Origin: an uncultured Pseudomonadota bacterium
GTDB lineage: Bacteria; Oederibacteriota; Muellerivitia; Muellerivitales; Muellerivitaceae
Reading direction: 5' to 3'
DNA: 64,000 bases
NCBI GenBank assembly: GCA_963770835.1
Contig: CAVYRH010000007.1
Coordinates: forward strand, 32,001-96,000
Positions 1 through 11,333 of the stretch are shown piece after piece. Position 1 is the stretch's first letter; the number at the start of each line of letters is the position of its first letter. A model generated the notes under the pieces. It had not been told where the DNA came from. It ran no database searches and saw only the letters and a list, made by a program, of their open reading frames with translations. Both the position numbers and the translations under genes were made by a program.

Positions 1-230
1 GCGACCCTGTGCTTAAATCGCTCCCCATCATCGTTTTAAGCAGCTCCAGCTTGGAAACGGATATTCGCGAAGTTTACGACATGAACGCGAACTGTTATAT
101 TGTCAAGCCGTCCGATTTGGAGGGCTTTTTCAAGGTGGCGAAAAGCTTGAAGGAGTTTTGGCTTTCCCAAGTACGGCTACCTCTTCATACACAACCCGTA
201 AGATGGCAAAAAGAAGAAGGAGGAGAATAA
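1..230 (+). CDS. Single-domain response regulator (Rcp1-like), 5'-truncated by window edge
   Basis: C-terminal half of a receiver: LPIIVLSSS, NANCYIVKP, EFWL; the frame runs off the left edge. Confidence 0.85.
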   Translation, partial: DPVLKSLPIIVLSSSSLETDIREVYDMNANCYIVKPSDLEGFFKVAKSLKEFWLSQVRLPLHTQPVRWQKEEGGE

Positions 231-686
231 ATGGCGCTGAGACCAAAAGTCGCCGGGCGTATTCTGGAAGTCCTTCATATCGAAGATAACCTGGGTGATG
301 TAGTGCTTCTGAAAAAAGCCGTGAAAGAAGCCGGCTTTCCCATGCATTTAAGCACCGTTGGCGATTGGGAAGAGGCTTTGATGTTCCTGGGCCGGCAGGG
401 GCGTTACACCCAAAGCCCAAAGCCGGATGTTCTTCTACTGGACTTGAACCTGCCGAAAAAAGATGGAATGACCATTCTGGTCGAGATCCGGCAAAATCCG
501 GATTGGAAAAGCCTGCCGGTCATCATTTTAACGAGCTCGGAGAGCGATTTGGACCGGGACTGGGCTGACCGGCTTAATGTCAGCCATTTTGTCACCAAAC
601 CCATGGATCCAAACCAATATGGAGAATTATTGAGGCATCTAAAAGAATTTTGGATAAAAAGTTTTCGAACACATCGAAAGATATAG
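231..686 (+). CDS. Single-domain response regulator (Rcp1-like)
   Basis: HIEDN, LLLDLNLPK (phosphoacceptor Asp), IILTSS, FVTKP, EFW; AGGAG RBS upstream. Confidence 0.92.
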   Translation: MALRPKVAGRILEVLHIEDNLGDVVLLKKAVKEAGFPMHLSTVGDWEEALMFLGRQGRYTQSPKPDVLLLDLNLPKKDGMTILVEIRQNPDWKSLPVIILTSSESDLDRDWADRLNVSHFVTKPMDPNQYGELLRHLKEFWIKSFRTHRKI

Positions 687-1073
687 GCTAAAAACCCGCC
701 AAAAGATTGAATGACTCAAACTAATTATTCGTAATGAACGTTTTTTAGCTGTTTTTGGTACCTTCGCTGATAGCGCCTAATGTTTTCTCGGCTCCCACCT
801 GAAAAAAGACCATTATTCGAAGAGATTAAAATTTCCACTCGAATACTGGGTTTTCCCAAACTCAAAATGACACACCCCACTTGAATTTCGAAAATTCCGG
901 TTTTTAAACTATAGAGGGGAGTTTATCCTCTAGTTAAATCGATTCCTTTAAAGCCGGTGCACTGGCTTCGAAAAAATAAAAAATAAAACTTAAAGCTGAA
1001 ATTCTTCGCCTGAGCGCCTTCAGGCCAGGTTGTCTTCGCATCATAGATGATTTATTTTTTTAAGGAGGCCGTG

Positions 1074-4000
1074 ATGGACACCGGTGTCTTGGAACAGGAA
1101 CTTGACAGCCAAAAACTGATTCTGGCTTTGAACGCCCTTAAAAACGGGGATTTTTCCGTCCGCCTTCCGAACGACTGGACGGGAAAGGCAGGGAAAATCG
1201 CCGACACTTTCAACCAGGTGGTGGAACGCAACCAAAAAATGGCCCGGGAACTGGAGCGGCTCGGACTGGAAGTCGGGGTCGAGGGGAAAATCGACCAGAG
1301 GGCGAACATCGGCGAGTTTACCGGATCTTGGGCCGGAATGGTTTCTTCCGTCAACACCCTGGTGGAGGAATTGGTCCGCCCCACCAGCGAGATGTCCCGT
1401 GTCATCGGGGCCGTCGCCAAGGGGGACCTTTCCCAGACCGCGATGTTGGAATTGGGCGACAGGCCCCTCAAGGGGGAGTTTTTTAAGACGGCGAAGACCG
1501 TCAATACGATGGTGGACCTGCTGAATTCCTTCACCTCGGAGGTCACGCGCGTGGCCCGTGAGGTGGGGACCGAGGGGAAACTCGGCGGCCAAGCCACGGT
1601 CAAGGGCTTGGTGGGCATCTGGAAAGACCTCACCGACAACGTCAATTCCATGGCCAGCAACTTGACCGGCCAAGTGCGCAACATCGCCGAAGTCACCATC
1701 GCGGTGGCCAATGGCGACCTTTCGAAAAAAATCACCGTGGACGTGCGCGGCGAAATCCTACAGTTGAAGGAAACCATCAACACCATGGTGGACCAGCTGC
1801 GCTCCTTCGCCTCCGAGGTCACCCGTGTGGCCCGTGAGGTGGGGACCGAGGGGAAACTCGGCGGCCAAGCCATCGTTCCGGGCGTGGCCGGAACTTGGAG
1901 AGACCTCACCGACAACGTCAATTCCATGGCCAGCAACTTGACCGGCCAAGTGCGCAATATCGCCGAGGTCACCACCGCCGTGGCGCGGGGCGATCTTTCC
2001 CGGAAAATCACCGTGGACGTGCGCGGGGAAATCCTGGAGTTGAAGGACACCATCAACACCATGGTCGACCAGCTCAACAGTTTCGCGGGCGAGGTGACCC
2101 GCGTCGCGCGCGAAGTGGGGACTGAGGGAAAATTGGGCGGACAAGCCCAAGTGCCGGGCGTGGGGGGCACCTGGAAGGACTTGACCGACAGCGTCAATAT
2201 CATGGCCGGAAACCTGACCGGCCAAGTCCGCAATATCGCCGATGTCACCATCGCGGTGGCCAATGGCGACCTTTCCAAGAAGATCACCGCCGATGTGCGG
2301 GGCGAAATCCTTCAATTGAAAGAAACGATCAACACCATGGTGGACCAATTGCGGTCCTTCGCCTCCGAGGTGACCCGCGTGGCCCGTGAGGTGGGGACCG
2401 AAGGGAAGCTGGGCGGGCAGGCTATTGTTCCCGGCGTGGCCGGAACCTGGAAAGACCTGACCGATAATGTGAATTTCATGGCCGGCAACCTGACCAGCCA
2501 GGTGCGCAATATCGCGGACGTCACCACTGCCGTGGCCAAAGGCGACCTTTCCCGCAAAATTACGGTGGACGTCAAGGGCGAAATTTTGGAGCTCAAAAAC
2601 ACCATTAATACCATGGTGGACCAACTTTCCTCCTTCGCCTCCGAGGTCACCCGCGTGGCCCGTGAGGTGGGAACCGAGGGAAAACTGGGCGGCCAGGCCC
2701 AAGTGCCCGGCGTTGCCGGAACCTGGAAAGACCTGACCGACAACGTGAATTTCATGGCTGGCAACCTGACCAGCCAGGTGCGTAACATCGCCGCGGTCAC
2801 CACGGCCGTGGCCAAAGGGGACCTGTCCAAGAAAATCACCGTGGACGTGCGCGGCGAAATCCTGGAGCTGAAGGACACCATCAACACCATGGTGGACCAG
2901 CTCAACGGCTTCGCCGGCGAGGTGACCCGCGTCGCGCGCGAAGTGGGGACCGAGGGGAAACTGGGGGGCCAGGCGCAGGTGCCCGGCGTGGGAGGAACCT
3001 GGAAGGACCTGACCGACAGTGTCAATTTCATGGCCAGTAACTTGACAGCCCAAGTGCGCAATATCGCCGACGTGACCACCGCGGTGGCCAAGGGGGACCT
3101 CTCCAAGAAAATCACCGCCGACGTGCGCGGCGAAATCCTGCAGTTGAAGGAAACCATCAATACCATGGTGGACCAGCTTTCCTCCTTCGCCTCCGAGGTC
3201 ACCCGCGTGGCCCGCGAGGTAGGAACCGAGGGAAAACTGGGCGGCCAGGCGCAAGTGCCCGGCGTAGCCGGGACATGGAAGGACCTGACCGACAGCGTCA
3301 ATTTGATGGCTTCCAATTTGACCGACCAGGTCCGGAACATCGCCGACGTGACCACCGCCGTGGCCCGGGGCGACCTTTCCCGCAAGATTACGGTGGACGT
3401 TAAGGGCGAAATTTTCGAGCTCAAAAACACCATCAATATCATGGTCGACCAGCTTTCCTCCTTCGCCTCTGAGGTCACGCGGGTCGCCCGCGAGGTCGGC
3501 ACGGAGGGAAAACTGGGCGGCCAGGCGCAGGTGCCCGGCGTGGGCGGCACCTGGAAGGACCTGACCGATAACGTCAACTTCATGGCGGGGAACCTGACCA
3601 GCCAGGTGCGCAACATCGCGGCGGTCACCACCGCCGTGGCCAGGGGAGACCTTTCCAAGAAAATTACGGTGGACGTCAAGGGCGAGATTTTGGAATTAAA
3701 GGACACCATCAACACCATGGTGGGCCAGCTTTCCTCCTTCGCCTCCGAAGTGACCCGCGTGGCCCGCGAGGTGGGGACGGAAGGGAAACTGGGGGGCCAG
3801 GCGCAGGTACCGGGCGTCTCGGGCACATGGAAGGACCTGACCGACAACGTCAACCTGATGGCCGCCAACCTGACCGACCAGGTACGCGGCATCGCCAAGG
3901 TCGTGACCGCCGTCGCCAACGGCGACCTGACCAAGAAACTCGTCATGGCCGCCAAGGGCGAGATTGCCGCCCTGACCGACACCATCAACGCCATGATTGA

Positions 4001-6950
4001 CACGCTGGCCACCTTCTCAGCCCAGGTCACCACCGTGGCCCGGGAGGTCGGGGTAGAAGGCAAACTGGGGGGCCAAGCCAACGTTCCGGGAGCGGCCGGC
4101 ACCTGGAAGGCCCTGACCGACAATGTGAACCAGCTGGCGGCCAACTTGACCACCCAGGTGCGCGCTATCGCCGAGGTGGCCACGGCCGTCACCAAGGGCG
4201 ACTTGACCCGGTCCATCCGCGTGGAAGCCAGCGGGGAGGTGGAAACCCTCAAGGACACCATCAACCAGATGATCGCCAACCTGCGCGGCACCACGCAAAA
4301 GAACGCCGACCAGGACTGGCTGAAAACCAACTTGGCCCACTTTACCCGCATGCTGCAGGGGCAAAGGGACCTGCAAACGGTGTCCTCCTCCATCCTGACC
4401 GAGCTTTCCAAAGTGGTTTCGGCGCGTTACGGCGTCTTTTATATCGCGGAAGCCAAGGAATCCGGCGGCACCCGCCTGAGGCTGCTCTCGGCCTTCGCCC
4501 CCCAGCCCGCGGAAACATTGAAACAGGAAGTTGCCATCGGCGAGGGGCTTATCGGGGAATGCGCGAAGAACAAGGAGAGGATCATCCTCACCGGCGCGCC
4601 CCAGGACTATATCAAGGTGAGTTCCGGCCTCGGCGAGGCCCAACCCGGCCATATCGTGGTGCTACCGACCCTGTTCGAAGGCCAGATGAAGGCGGTACTG
4701 GAACTGGCCTCCTTCGAGCCCTTCAACCCAACCCAGCTGGCCTTCCTGGACCAATTGGTGGAAGTCATCGGGATCGTGCTCAACAACCTGGAGGCCACCC
4801 TCCGGACTGAGACACTCCTGAAGAGCCTCCAGCACCAGCAGGAGGAATTGCGCCGCACCAACCAGGCCCTGGAAGAGAAGGCCGACCAGCTGGCCCTGAC
4901 CTCCAAGTACAAGTCCGAATTCCTTTCCAACATGTCCCACGAGCTTCGCACACCGCTCAACAGCATGCTGATCCTATCCCAGCAACTGGCGGAGGATTCG
5001 GCCCACCTCACCGAGAAGCAGATCGAATACGCCAAGACCATCCACGCCTCGGGCGGGGACCTGCTGGCGCTCATCAACGACATCCTGGACCTCTCCAAGG
5101 TGGAGTCCGGGACCATGACGCTGGACCTCAACAACATGGCCTTCACGGAAATGCGCCAGCACCTGGACCGCGTGTTCCGCCACGTGGCCGAAGGCAAGGA
5201 CCTCCACTTCGCCATCGAGGTGGACCCCATCACGCCCGAGGAAATCTACACCGACGGCAAGCGCCTGGAGCAGATCCTGAGGAACCTACTCTCCAACGCC
5301 TTCAAGTTCACGGAAAAGGGCTCGGTGTCCCTCCGCGTGGCCCCCGCCAATAGCGGCTGGAGCGTCGACCACCCCATCCTCAGCCAGGCGGAGTCGGTCA
5401 TCGCCTTCACGGTTTCCGACACGGGCATCGGCATCCCGCGCGACAAGCAGAAGATCATCTTCGAGGCCTTCCAGCAGGCCGAGTCCGGCACCAGCCGCAA
5501 GTACGGCGGAACCGGCTTGGGGCTTTCCATCAGCCGCGAGCTGGCCAAATTGCTCGGGGGGCAGGTCATCCTGGCCTCGAGCGTCTCGGGCAAGGGGAGC
5601 ACCTTCGTACTTTATATCCCCACGGCCTTCCGCTCCCCCAGCGCCGAAACCAAGGTGGAAAAGAAGGAAGAGGCCGCGCCTTTCCTCCTGAACATGCCTT
5701 ACCGGCTGGCCAACCGCTTCACCCCCGACAGCCTGGAGCCTAAGGCCAACGTCATCGACGATGACCGCAACCACCTCCAGCCCGGCGATCTGGTCCTGCT
5801 CATCATCGAGGACGAACCCGCTTTCGCCCGCATCTTGGTGGAAGCGGCACACCAAAAAGGGTTCAAGGCCGTGGCGGCCGTCGGCGGGGACGAGGCCTTA
5901 AGGCTGGCCAACGAGATCAAGCCCAGCGCGGTCACGCTCGACATCCGCCTTCCGGACATGGACGGATGGAAGGTGCTGGCGCGCTTCAAAAACGACCCCA
6001 ATACCCGGCATATCCCCGTCCAGATCATCTCGGCGGACGAGGACCGCTTAAGGGGGCTCCAGGAGGGGGTGGTGGCGTTTTTCTCTAAGCCCGTTTCCAA
6101 GGATGAGATGAACCAGTCCCTGGATACCTTGCGCTCCTTCTGCTCGCGCCGGGTCCGGAACCTCCTTCTTCTCGCGGGGGAAAAAGGCACTCGGAACGCC
6201 TTGCGGGACCTCTTGGGGGGCGATGGTGTCGAGGTGACCCCCGCCAAAAACGCGGAGGAAGCACAGGATTTCCTGAAGAAAAACCAATTCGACTGCATGG
6301 TCCTGGTTCCCGACAAGGAAAGCGTGGGAATCCTCAAAACGATGAGAAAAGGCCCCCAGCGTGCGAACTTTCCCATCGTGGTCTACCAGGACCACGAGAC
6401 CGGCAAAAAGGAGGAGGAAGCCCTCCGGCTCGCGGCTAAGACCTTCGTGATCAAGGAGGCCAAGTCCACCGAGCGGCTTTTCGACGAAACCGCCCTTTAC
6501 CTGCATCGGGTGACGGCCAAGCTGCCGGAGGAGAAAAGGCAAATCGTGGAGAAACTCCACCAGCCGGGCCAAATCATGGTCGGCAAGAAGGCCCTGGTGG
6601 TGGACGACGACATGCGCAACATCTTCGCCATGACCAGCCTCCTGGAGCGCAACCAGATGGGTGTCGTCTCGGCGGAGAGCGGAAAAGAAGCCCTGGAGGT
6701 GCTGGCCAAGAATCCGGACGTGGATGTGGTGCTGATGGACATCATGATGCCGGAAATGGACGGTTACGACACCATGCAGGCGATCCGGAAGATCGAAAAT
6801 TTCAAGTCCCTGCCCATCATCGCCGTGACCGCGAAAGCGATGAAGGGGGACCGGGAAAAGTGCATCGAAATGGGGGCGTCCGACTACATCACCAAGCCTA
6901 TCGATTCCGACCAACTGCTCTCATTGATGCAGAACTGGCTGTACCGCTGA
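1074..6950 (+). CDS. Cytoplasmic poly-HAMP hybrid histidine kinase (HAMP repeats-GAF-HisKA-HATPase-REC-pseudoREC-REC), group III/Nik1-like architecture
   Basis: About 11 units of [24 protein letters not shown]-box SHELRTP; N-box [23 protein letters not shown]; three receiver-like domains; TAAGGAGG RBS before GTG1071/ATG1074. Confidence 0.95.
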   Translation: MDTGVLEQELDSQKLILALNALKNGDFSVRLPNDWTGKAGKIADTFNQVVERNQKMARELERLGLEVGVEGKIDQRANIGEFTGSWAGMVSSVNTLVEELVRPTSEMSRVIGAVAKGDLSQTAMLELGDRPLKGEFFKTAKTVNTMVDLLNSFTSEVTRVAREVGTEGKLGGQATVKGLVGIWKDLTDNVNSMASNLTGQVRNIAEVTIAVANGDLSKKITVDVRGEILQLKETINTMVDQLRSFASEVTRVAREVGTEGKLGGQAIVPGVAGTWRDLTDNVNSMASNLTGQVRNIAEVTTAVARGDLSRKITVDVRGEILELKDTINTMVDQLNSFAGEVTRVAREVGTEGKLGGQAQVPGVGGTWKDLTDSVNIMAGNLTGQVRNIADVTIAVANGDLSKKITADVRGEILQLKETINTMVDQLRSFASEVTRVAREVGTEGKLGGQAIVPGVAGTWKDLTDNVNFMAGNLTSQVRNIADVTTAVAKGDLSRKITVDVKGEILELKNTINTMVDQLSSFASEVTRVAREVGTEGKLGGQAQVPGVAGTWKDLTDNVNFMAGNLTSQVRNIAAVTTAVAKGDLSKKITVDVRGEILELKDTINTMVDQLNGFAGEVTRVAREVGTEGKLGGQAQVPGVGGTWKDLTDSVNFMASNLTAQVRNIADVTTAVAKGDLSKKITADVRGEILQLKETINTMVDQLSSFASEVTRVAREVGTEGKLGGQAQVPGVAGTWKDLTDSVNLMASNLTDQVRNIADVTTAVARGDLSRKITVDVKGEIFELKNTINIMVDQLSSFASEVTRVAREVGTEGKLGGQAQVPGVGGTWKDLTDNVNFMAGNLTSQVRNIAAVTTAVARGDLSKKITVDVKGEILELKDTINTMVGQLSSFASEVTRVAREVGTEGKLGGQAQVPGVSGTWKDLTDNVNLMAANLTDQVRGIAKVVTAVANGDLTKKLVMAAKGEIAALTDTINAMIDTLATFSAQVTTVAREVGVEGKLGGQANVPGAAGTWKALTDNVNQLAANLTTQVRAIAEVATAVTKGDLTRSIRVEASGEVETLKDTINQMIANLRGTTQKNADQDWLKTNLAHFTRMLQGQRDLQTVSSSILTELSKVVSARYGVFYIAEAKESGGTRLRLLSAFAPQPAETLKQEVAIGEGLIGECAKNKERIILTGAPQDYIKVSSGLGEAQPGHIVVLPTLFEGQMKAVLELASFEPFNPTQLAFLDQLVEVIGIVLNNLEATLRTETLLKSLQHQQEELRRTNQALEEKADQLALTSKYKSEFLSNMSHELRTPLNSMLILSQQLAEDSAHLTEKQIEYAKTIHASGGDLLALINDILDLSKVESGTMTLDLNNMAFTEMRQHLDRVFRHVAEGKDLHFAIEVDPITPEEIYTDGKRLEQILRNLLSNAFKFTEKGSVSLRVAPANSGWSVDHPILSQAESVIAFTVSDTGIGIPRDKQKIIFEAFQQAESGTSRKYGGTGLGLSISRELAKLLGGQVILASSVSGKGSTFVLYIPTAFRSPSAETKVEKKEEAAPFLLNMPYRLANRFTPDSLEPKANVIDDDRNHLQPGDLVLLIIEDEPAFARILVEAAHQKGFKAVAAVGGDEALRLANEIKPSAVTLDIRLPDMDGWKVLARFKNDPNTRHIPVQIISADEDRLRGLQEGVVAFFSKPVSKDEMNQSLDTLRSFCSRRVRNLLLLAGEKGTRNALRDLLGGDGVEVTPAKNAEEAQDFLKKNQFDCMVLVPDKESVGILKTMRKGPQRANFPIVVYQDHETGKKEEEALRLAAKTFVIKEAKSTERLFDETALYLHRVTAKLPEEKRQIVEKLHQPGQIMVGKKALVVDDDMRNIFAMTSLLERNQMGVVSAESGKEALEVLAKNPDVDVVLMDIMMPEMDGYDTMQAIRKIENFKSLPIIAVTAKAMKGDREKCIEMGASDYITKPIDSDQLLSLMQNWLYR
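1551..4310 (+). repeat. Intragenic tandem repeat, 276-bp (92-aa) period, 10 well-conserved units plus one divergent upstream unit
   Basis: VAREVG codons recur at about 1551, 1827, 2103 ... 4035 with constant 276-bp spacing. Confidence 0.92.
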
Positions 6951-6952
6951 AA

Positions 6953-7018
6953 GTCAGCCGACAGATTTTAGATATTAGATTTTAGCTAATAGCTAACAGC
7001 CAAAATCTAATATCTGTT
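6953..7018. repeat. 7-nt-periodic inverted repeat
   Basis: ACAGATT TTAGATA TTAGATT TTAGCTA ATAGCTA ACAGC; AGATATTAGATTTTAGCT pairs with AGCCAAAATCTAATATCT. Confidence 0.75.
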
Positions 7019-7034
7019 TCTCAAGGATGTGGAT

Positions 7035-8402
7035 ATGGAACCTGAGATACAAACCCAGACCCAAACCACCGGGGAAAAAGCCATTCCCGTGAATATCCTC
7101 ATGGTGGACGACGCTCCGGCCAACCTCCTGGCCCTGGAAGCGGTGCTGAAAGACCTGGGCCAAAGGCTGGTGAGGGCCAGATCGGGGCGGGAGGCCCTGC
7201 GGCACCTCATGAACGAGGAATTCGCCGTGATTCTCCTGGATGTGGCCATGCCCGTCATGGACGGTTTCGAGACCGCCCGGTTGATTCGCCAAAGGGACAA
7301 GAACCGCCTAACCCCCATTATCTTCCTGACGGCCGTCGGCCGGACGGATAACGAGATCTTCCGGGGATACGAAGTGGGGGCCGTGGATTACCTCCTCAAG
7401 CCCCTGGTTCCAGAGATCCTGAAATCCAAGGTGATGATTTTTATCGAGCTTTACAACAAGACCCGCCAGATCCAAAGCCTCAACACCGAGTTGGGGAAAA
7501 ATGTCCAAGAGTTGGAAGCTGCGAACCTCGAACTGAAAAAGGAAAACTCGGTCCGGCGGAGGGCCGAGCAAGAACTGCGATATTCCGAGGAAAAGTTGAG
7601 GAACCTCAACAGCTCCCTGGAGGAACGGGTCGCCGAGCGCACCGCGCTGGCCGAGGAAAGGGCCAAGGAGTTGGCCCGGTCCAACGCCGAACTGCAACAA
7701 TTCGTCCATATTTCCTCCCACGACCTCAAGGAACCTTTAAGGATGATCAACAGCTTCGTCCAGCTCCTGCAAAAAAATCTCGAGGGCAAATTGGACACCG
7801 ATACCGGGGAATACCTCCACTACGTCCTGGAAGGGGCCCGGCGGATACAAAGGCTCATCGACGACCTGCTGTCCTATACCCGCCTGGGGGCCCGCTCTCT
7901 TTCACCACAGTTGTTGGACTTGGGAGAAGTGGTGGGGGAGGCCCTTTCCAACCTGCAAATATCCATTGTGGAAACGGGAGCCTCCATTACCTGCGATCCC
8001 ATGCCCCAGGTGGAAGCCGACCGGACCCATTTGGTCCTGCTGTTCCAGAACCTGATCGGGAACGCCATCAAGTTCAACGGCGGGAAAAAGCCGCGAGTCC
8101 ATATCCGGGCCAAGGCGGAAATCGACAGCTGGGTTTTCAGCGTGGAAGACAACGGCATCGGCATCGATGCCCAATATTTCGAAAAGATATTCGTGGTTTT
8201 CCAGAGGTTGCACGCCCGGGAAGAATATCCCGGCACCGGTATCGGCCTGGCGCTCTGCAAGAAAATCGTCGAGCAGCATAATGGAAAAATCTGGGTGGAT
8301 TCGGAACCGGGGAAGGGTTCAACCTTTCATTTCACGATTCCCAGAATGGGCAAGGGGGCGCAACATGGCGGTCAAAATGGGCTTGGGCCAAAGGTCGGTT
8401 GA
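7035..8402 (+). CDS. Receiver-histidine kinase (REC-coiled coil-HisKA-HATPase)
   Basis: ILMVDD, ILLDVAMP, YLLKP; SHDLKEPLR; NLIGNAIKF; DNGIGI; GTGIGL. Confidence 0.93.
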   Translation: MEPEIQTQTQTTGEKAIPVNILMVDDAPANLLALEAVLKDLGQRLVRARSGREALRHLMNEEFAVILLDVAMPVMDGFETARLIRQRDKNRLTPIIFLTAVGRTDNEIFRGYEVGAVDYLLKPLVPEILKSKVMIFIELYNKTRQIQSLNTELGKNVQELEAANLELKKENSVRRRAEQELRYSEEKLRNLNSSLEERVAERTALAEERAKELARSNAELQQFVHISSHDLKEPLRMINSFVQLLQKNLEGKLDTDTGEYLHYVLEGARRIQRLIDDLLSYTRLGARSLSPQLLDLGEVVGEALSNLQISIVETGASITCDPMPQVEADRTHLVLLFQNLIGNAIKFNGGKKPRVHIRAKAEIDSWVFSVEDNGIGIDAQYFEKIFVVFQRLHAREEYPGTGIGLALCKKIVEQHNGKIWVDSEPGKGSTFHFTIPRMGKGAQHGGQNGLGPKVG

Positions 8403-8805
8403 AATCCTCCTGGTGGAGGACAACCTGGGGGACATAACCCTCATGAAGGAAATCCTCAAAATGTCGAGGTTTCCCATTCGTTTGAACGTCGTCCGTAACG
8501 GATTGGAAGCTCTCGATTATCTTTATCATGAGGGCGAATACCAGAATTCCATCCGGCCGGACCTCATCCTGCTGGACCTCAATTTACCCAAAGTCGATGG
8601 AAGGGAAGTCCTGGCGCAAATCAAGCGGGACAGTTTACTGGGCCAAATTCCGACCCTCATCATGACTTCCTCGAAAAACGATGCGGATGTTTTGGAAGCT
8701 TATAAGAACAACGCGAATTTCTACATCGTCAAGCCCATGGATTTGGACCATTACATGGTCATCATGAAATACCTTGAGGACTTTTGGATCGAAAAGATTA
8801 AGTAA
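8365..8805 (+). CDS. Single-domain response regulator (Rcp1-like)
   Basis: ILLVEDN, ILLDLNLPK, YIVKP, DFW; start moved to ATG8365 because the upstream extension overlaps the kinase. Confidence 0.9.
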   Translation: MAVKMGLGQRSVEILLVEDNLGDITLMKEILKMSRFPIRLNVVRNGLEALDYLYHEGEYQNSIRPDLILLDLNLPKVDGREVLAQIKRDSLLGQIPTLIMTSSKNDADVLEAYKNNANFYIVKPMDLDHYMVIMKYLEDFWIEKIK

Positions 8806-8869
8806 GCTCCCGTTGTTTCGATGAGTCTTATAAGATATCCGGGTGAAAAGCCTATCCCGGATGGAACGA

Positions 8870-9991
8870 ATGAAAAAAACCTCCCGCCTTTTCCCATGGG
8901 TTTTTGCGGCAGGGCTGCTTTGTTCCAACTGGTGTTTCGCCGACTCCGTGAATGACGGGCCCAACCCGACCCTGACCCCCGCTTCGACGCCTTCGCCGCT
9001 GTCCAAGGATTACCATCCCGCGCGTCCCGCCACGCCGGGCCACGTCAAATTGGCCTTCATGGGCGACATCAACTTGGGACGGCGTGTGGCGGACCTACTC
9101 CAAAAAAACGGAACCCCCTGGGCTTTCCAAGCCTGCAAACCCTTCCTGGATGAGGCGGATTTGGCCGTGGCCAACCTGGAATCCCCGGTAGGGGACGGCG
9201 GCAAGAAATACGCCGAAAAATCCGTTTACTTGAAAGGCCGGCCCCAGGACCTGGACGCCCTTTCCTACGGTGGTATCGGGCTCGTGACCCTGGCGAACAA
9301 CCACGTTTTGGATTACGGGCCGGACGTTATGGCCCAGACCGTGGACGGATTGGACCGCCGCGGGATTTTGCATACGGGTTTGGTTTCTTCGAGCGGCAAA
9401 TCCCAAGAACCAGTTTATGTCGCGGTGCAGGGGGTGACGCTGGCTTTCCTAGCCTATTGTTCGGTTTGCCCCGGGGAATTTGAGCCTGGTAAGAACAGGC
9501 CGGGGGTGGAAGTGGCTCTTTCCTCGGTCATGCTCCCCGAAATCAAGAAAGCCAGGGCCAAGGCCGATTTCGTCATCGTGCTGGTCCATTGGGGAACGGA
9601 GTATTTCGGCGTTAACGCCCTGCAAAAAAAGCTGGCCCAATCCCTTCATAAGGGCGGGGCGGACATGGTCATCGGCGCTCATCCCCACGTGCCGCAAAAA
9701 ATCCAACGGATTGGAAAAACATTGGTGGCTTATAGCTTGGGGGATTTTCTCTTTGACTTGAGCCATGCGGCCTGCCAGGACAGCTGCATCCTGATGGTGG
9801 AATTGCAAAAAGGCAAGAAGCCCCAATGGGAAGCCGTGCCGTTGGATTTAAGCTCGGGGCGCCCTGAACCCCTGGCCGGTCAAAATCCGCAGGCCCTGGT
9901 GATTCAGCAGATCTTGAAAAAAGGCTATGAATACAACGGGCGAAAAGACCAGAAAGTTGTAATGAAAGCCGCTGTAAAAAACCCGAAGTGA
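8870..9991 (+). CDS. CapA/PgsA-like metallophosphoesterase-family secreted protein
   Basis: Signal peptide; FMGDI, ANLESP, LANNHVLDYG, VHWGTEY, IGAHPHV, YSLGDF motifs. Confidence 0.88.
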   Translation: MKKTSRLFPWVFAAGLLCSNWCFADSVNDGPNPTLTPASTPSPLSKDYHPARPATPGHVKLAFMGDINLGRRVADLLQKNGTPWAFQACKPFLDEADLAVANLESPVGDGGKKYAEKSVYLKGRPQDLDALSYGGIGLVTLANNHVLDYGPDVMAQTVDGLDRRGILHTGLVSSSGKSQEPVYVAVQGVTLAFLAYCSVCPGEFEPGKNRPGVEVALSSVMLPEIKKARAKADFVIVLVHWGTEYFGVNALQKKLAQSLHKGGADMVIGAHPHVPQKIQRIGKTLVAYSLGDFLFDLSHAACQDSCILMVELQKGKKPQWEAVPLDLSSGRPEPLAGQNPQALVIQQILKKGYEYNGRKDQKVVMKAAVKNPK

Positions 9992-9995
9992 ATTT

Positions 9996-11033
9996 CTACC
10001 GCATGGGAGTTTGCACTGGAATGGTGGTCATGATGGAAAGAATGACCACCAGGAAGGCGAATTCGATGAGGCCGATGTGGTCGGGCTCGGCCGGGGCGTC
10101 CTTGCGGAAGGCCTGAAAAACGGCCAAGGCCATAAGGATCATCAAGAGTTTCTCCCCGGTGTCATAAAGCATCAGCCCCATGACCGCCAGCATCACCCAG
10201 CGCTGCCAAGTGGAGAGGGATTGGAATCCCCGGCCCCCGTCCAATTGCCAGACGGGCATGAGGTTGAAGAGATTGATCCAAGCCCCGATTTGGGCGATGG
10301 CGGCGAAGACCATGATCCCCGTGGCGCGGAAAAGGGCATAAGCCGTCAAGGCGGCCCCCAAACCCCAAATGGGTCCGGCCAGGCCTACCCGTGCGTCCTC
10401 CCTCGGGTTGGTCAGCTTTTGCTGGAGGCGGATGAAAGCCCCGACGCCGGGGATAAAGACGGGAGCGGTGGCCTTGATACCATAACGGTTCAGGGCGGCC
10501 ACATGGCCCATTTCATGGATGTAGATGGAAAGCACGAAGCCCAAGGCGAATTTCCAACCCCAAAACGTCCAATAGACCCCAAAGGCCAGGAGCATGGATA
10601 AAAGCGTGTGGAGCTTGGCCAGGCCCAACAAAAGCAGCTTGATCTTGGAAAGAAAGACCGCTAGGAGACCCAAAAGGCCCGCTTTTCCACCGTTCTTCCC
10701 GAAGAAGGACTTTTGCTCCTGAACCACCGATGGATTGGAACCGGTAGGGGAAAGGCCGTCCACTTGCCGCCCCAGATCCGTTATTTTTTCCCGTAGCGCC
10801 TCATGTTGCTTGGAACGGGGTGGAAGGAGATCCAGTGCCCCCCGCCAAAAAGCCAATGCGTCGGAGGGGCGGTTTTCGCGTTCGGCTTGAGTGGCGTTTT
10901 TGGATAGCTCGTTTAAACGGTCGGCGTAAACCAGCCTCCGGCAGCCCGGACAGGCCAGGAAATTTTTCGGTATTTCCGTTCCGCACTGGGGGCAGGAACG
11001 GGAAGAAACAATTGATTCAAATTCGTTAGCCAT
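9996..11033 (-). CDS. Site-2 protease (M50) with N-terminal Zn-ribbon
   Basis: HEMGH, LAGP, NLMPVWQLDG; CPQC...CPGC; several TM segments. Confidence 0.9.
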   Translation of the reverse strand: MANEFESIVSSRSCPQCGTEIPKNFLACPGCRRLVYADRLNELSKNATQAERENRPSDALAFWRGALDLLPPRSKQHEALREKITDLGRQVDGLSPTGSNPSVVQEQKSFFGKNGGKAGLLGLLAVFLSKIKLLLLGLAKLHTLLSMLLAFGVYWTFWGWKFALGFVLSIYIHEMGHVAALNRYGIKATAPVFIPGVGAFIRLQQKLTNPREDARVGLAGPIWGLGAALTAYALFRATGIMVFAAIAQIGAWINLFNLMPVWQLDGGRGFQSLSTWQRWVMLAVMGLMLYDTGEKLLMILMALAVFQAFRKDAPAEPDHIGLIEFAFLVVILSIMTTIPVQTPMR

Positions 11034-11094
11034 TCAGGCCTCTTCTTTTCAGGTAAAGCGCCGTTTTTATAATTAATTTTAAGAACCTAACCCC

Positions 11095-11140
11095 ATAACC
11101 CACAGTTAAGATGGGTAATAATTACTCACTTAACGGTTAT
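11095..11140. promoter_or_regulatory. Dyad-symmetric putative operator in an AT-rich divergent promoter region
   Basis: ATAACC..GTTAAG-A-TGGGTAAT-A-ATTACTCA-CTTAAC-GGTTAT nested inverted repeat. Confidence 0.4.
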
Positions 11141-11333
11141 TTAAAAATAGCACTTTAATTGACCAAATTTATTTTTAAACCGAATCGCTCTTTGGAAATT
11201 TAAAATTCAAAAGAGAGATGTTAATATATATACACATACCCTTTAGTTAAACGCGTTAACCAAGCGATTAATGCCTTAATCGTGATTTGTGTTGGATAAC
11301 CCAGCATATCATTTTAACCGATTAAGGAGACCT

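Noticed and set aside
840..1030. Hairpins upstream of the HAMP kinase as a c-di-GMP or other riboswitch
   Set aside because: Three short hairpins are present, but I could not find the conserved motifs of any riboswitch class
1551..4310. Regular repeats as a possible CRISPR array
   Set aside because: Contiguous 276-bp coding units with no unique spacers and no cas genes
1041..4411. Long minus-strand ORFs (411, 498 and 699 aa) opposite the HAMP kinase
   Set aside because: Antisense shadows of a GC-rich repetitive gene; they mirror the 276-bp repeat and have no independent motifs
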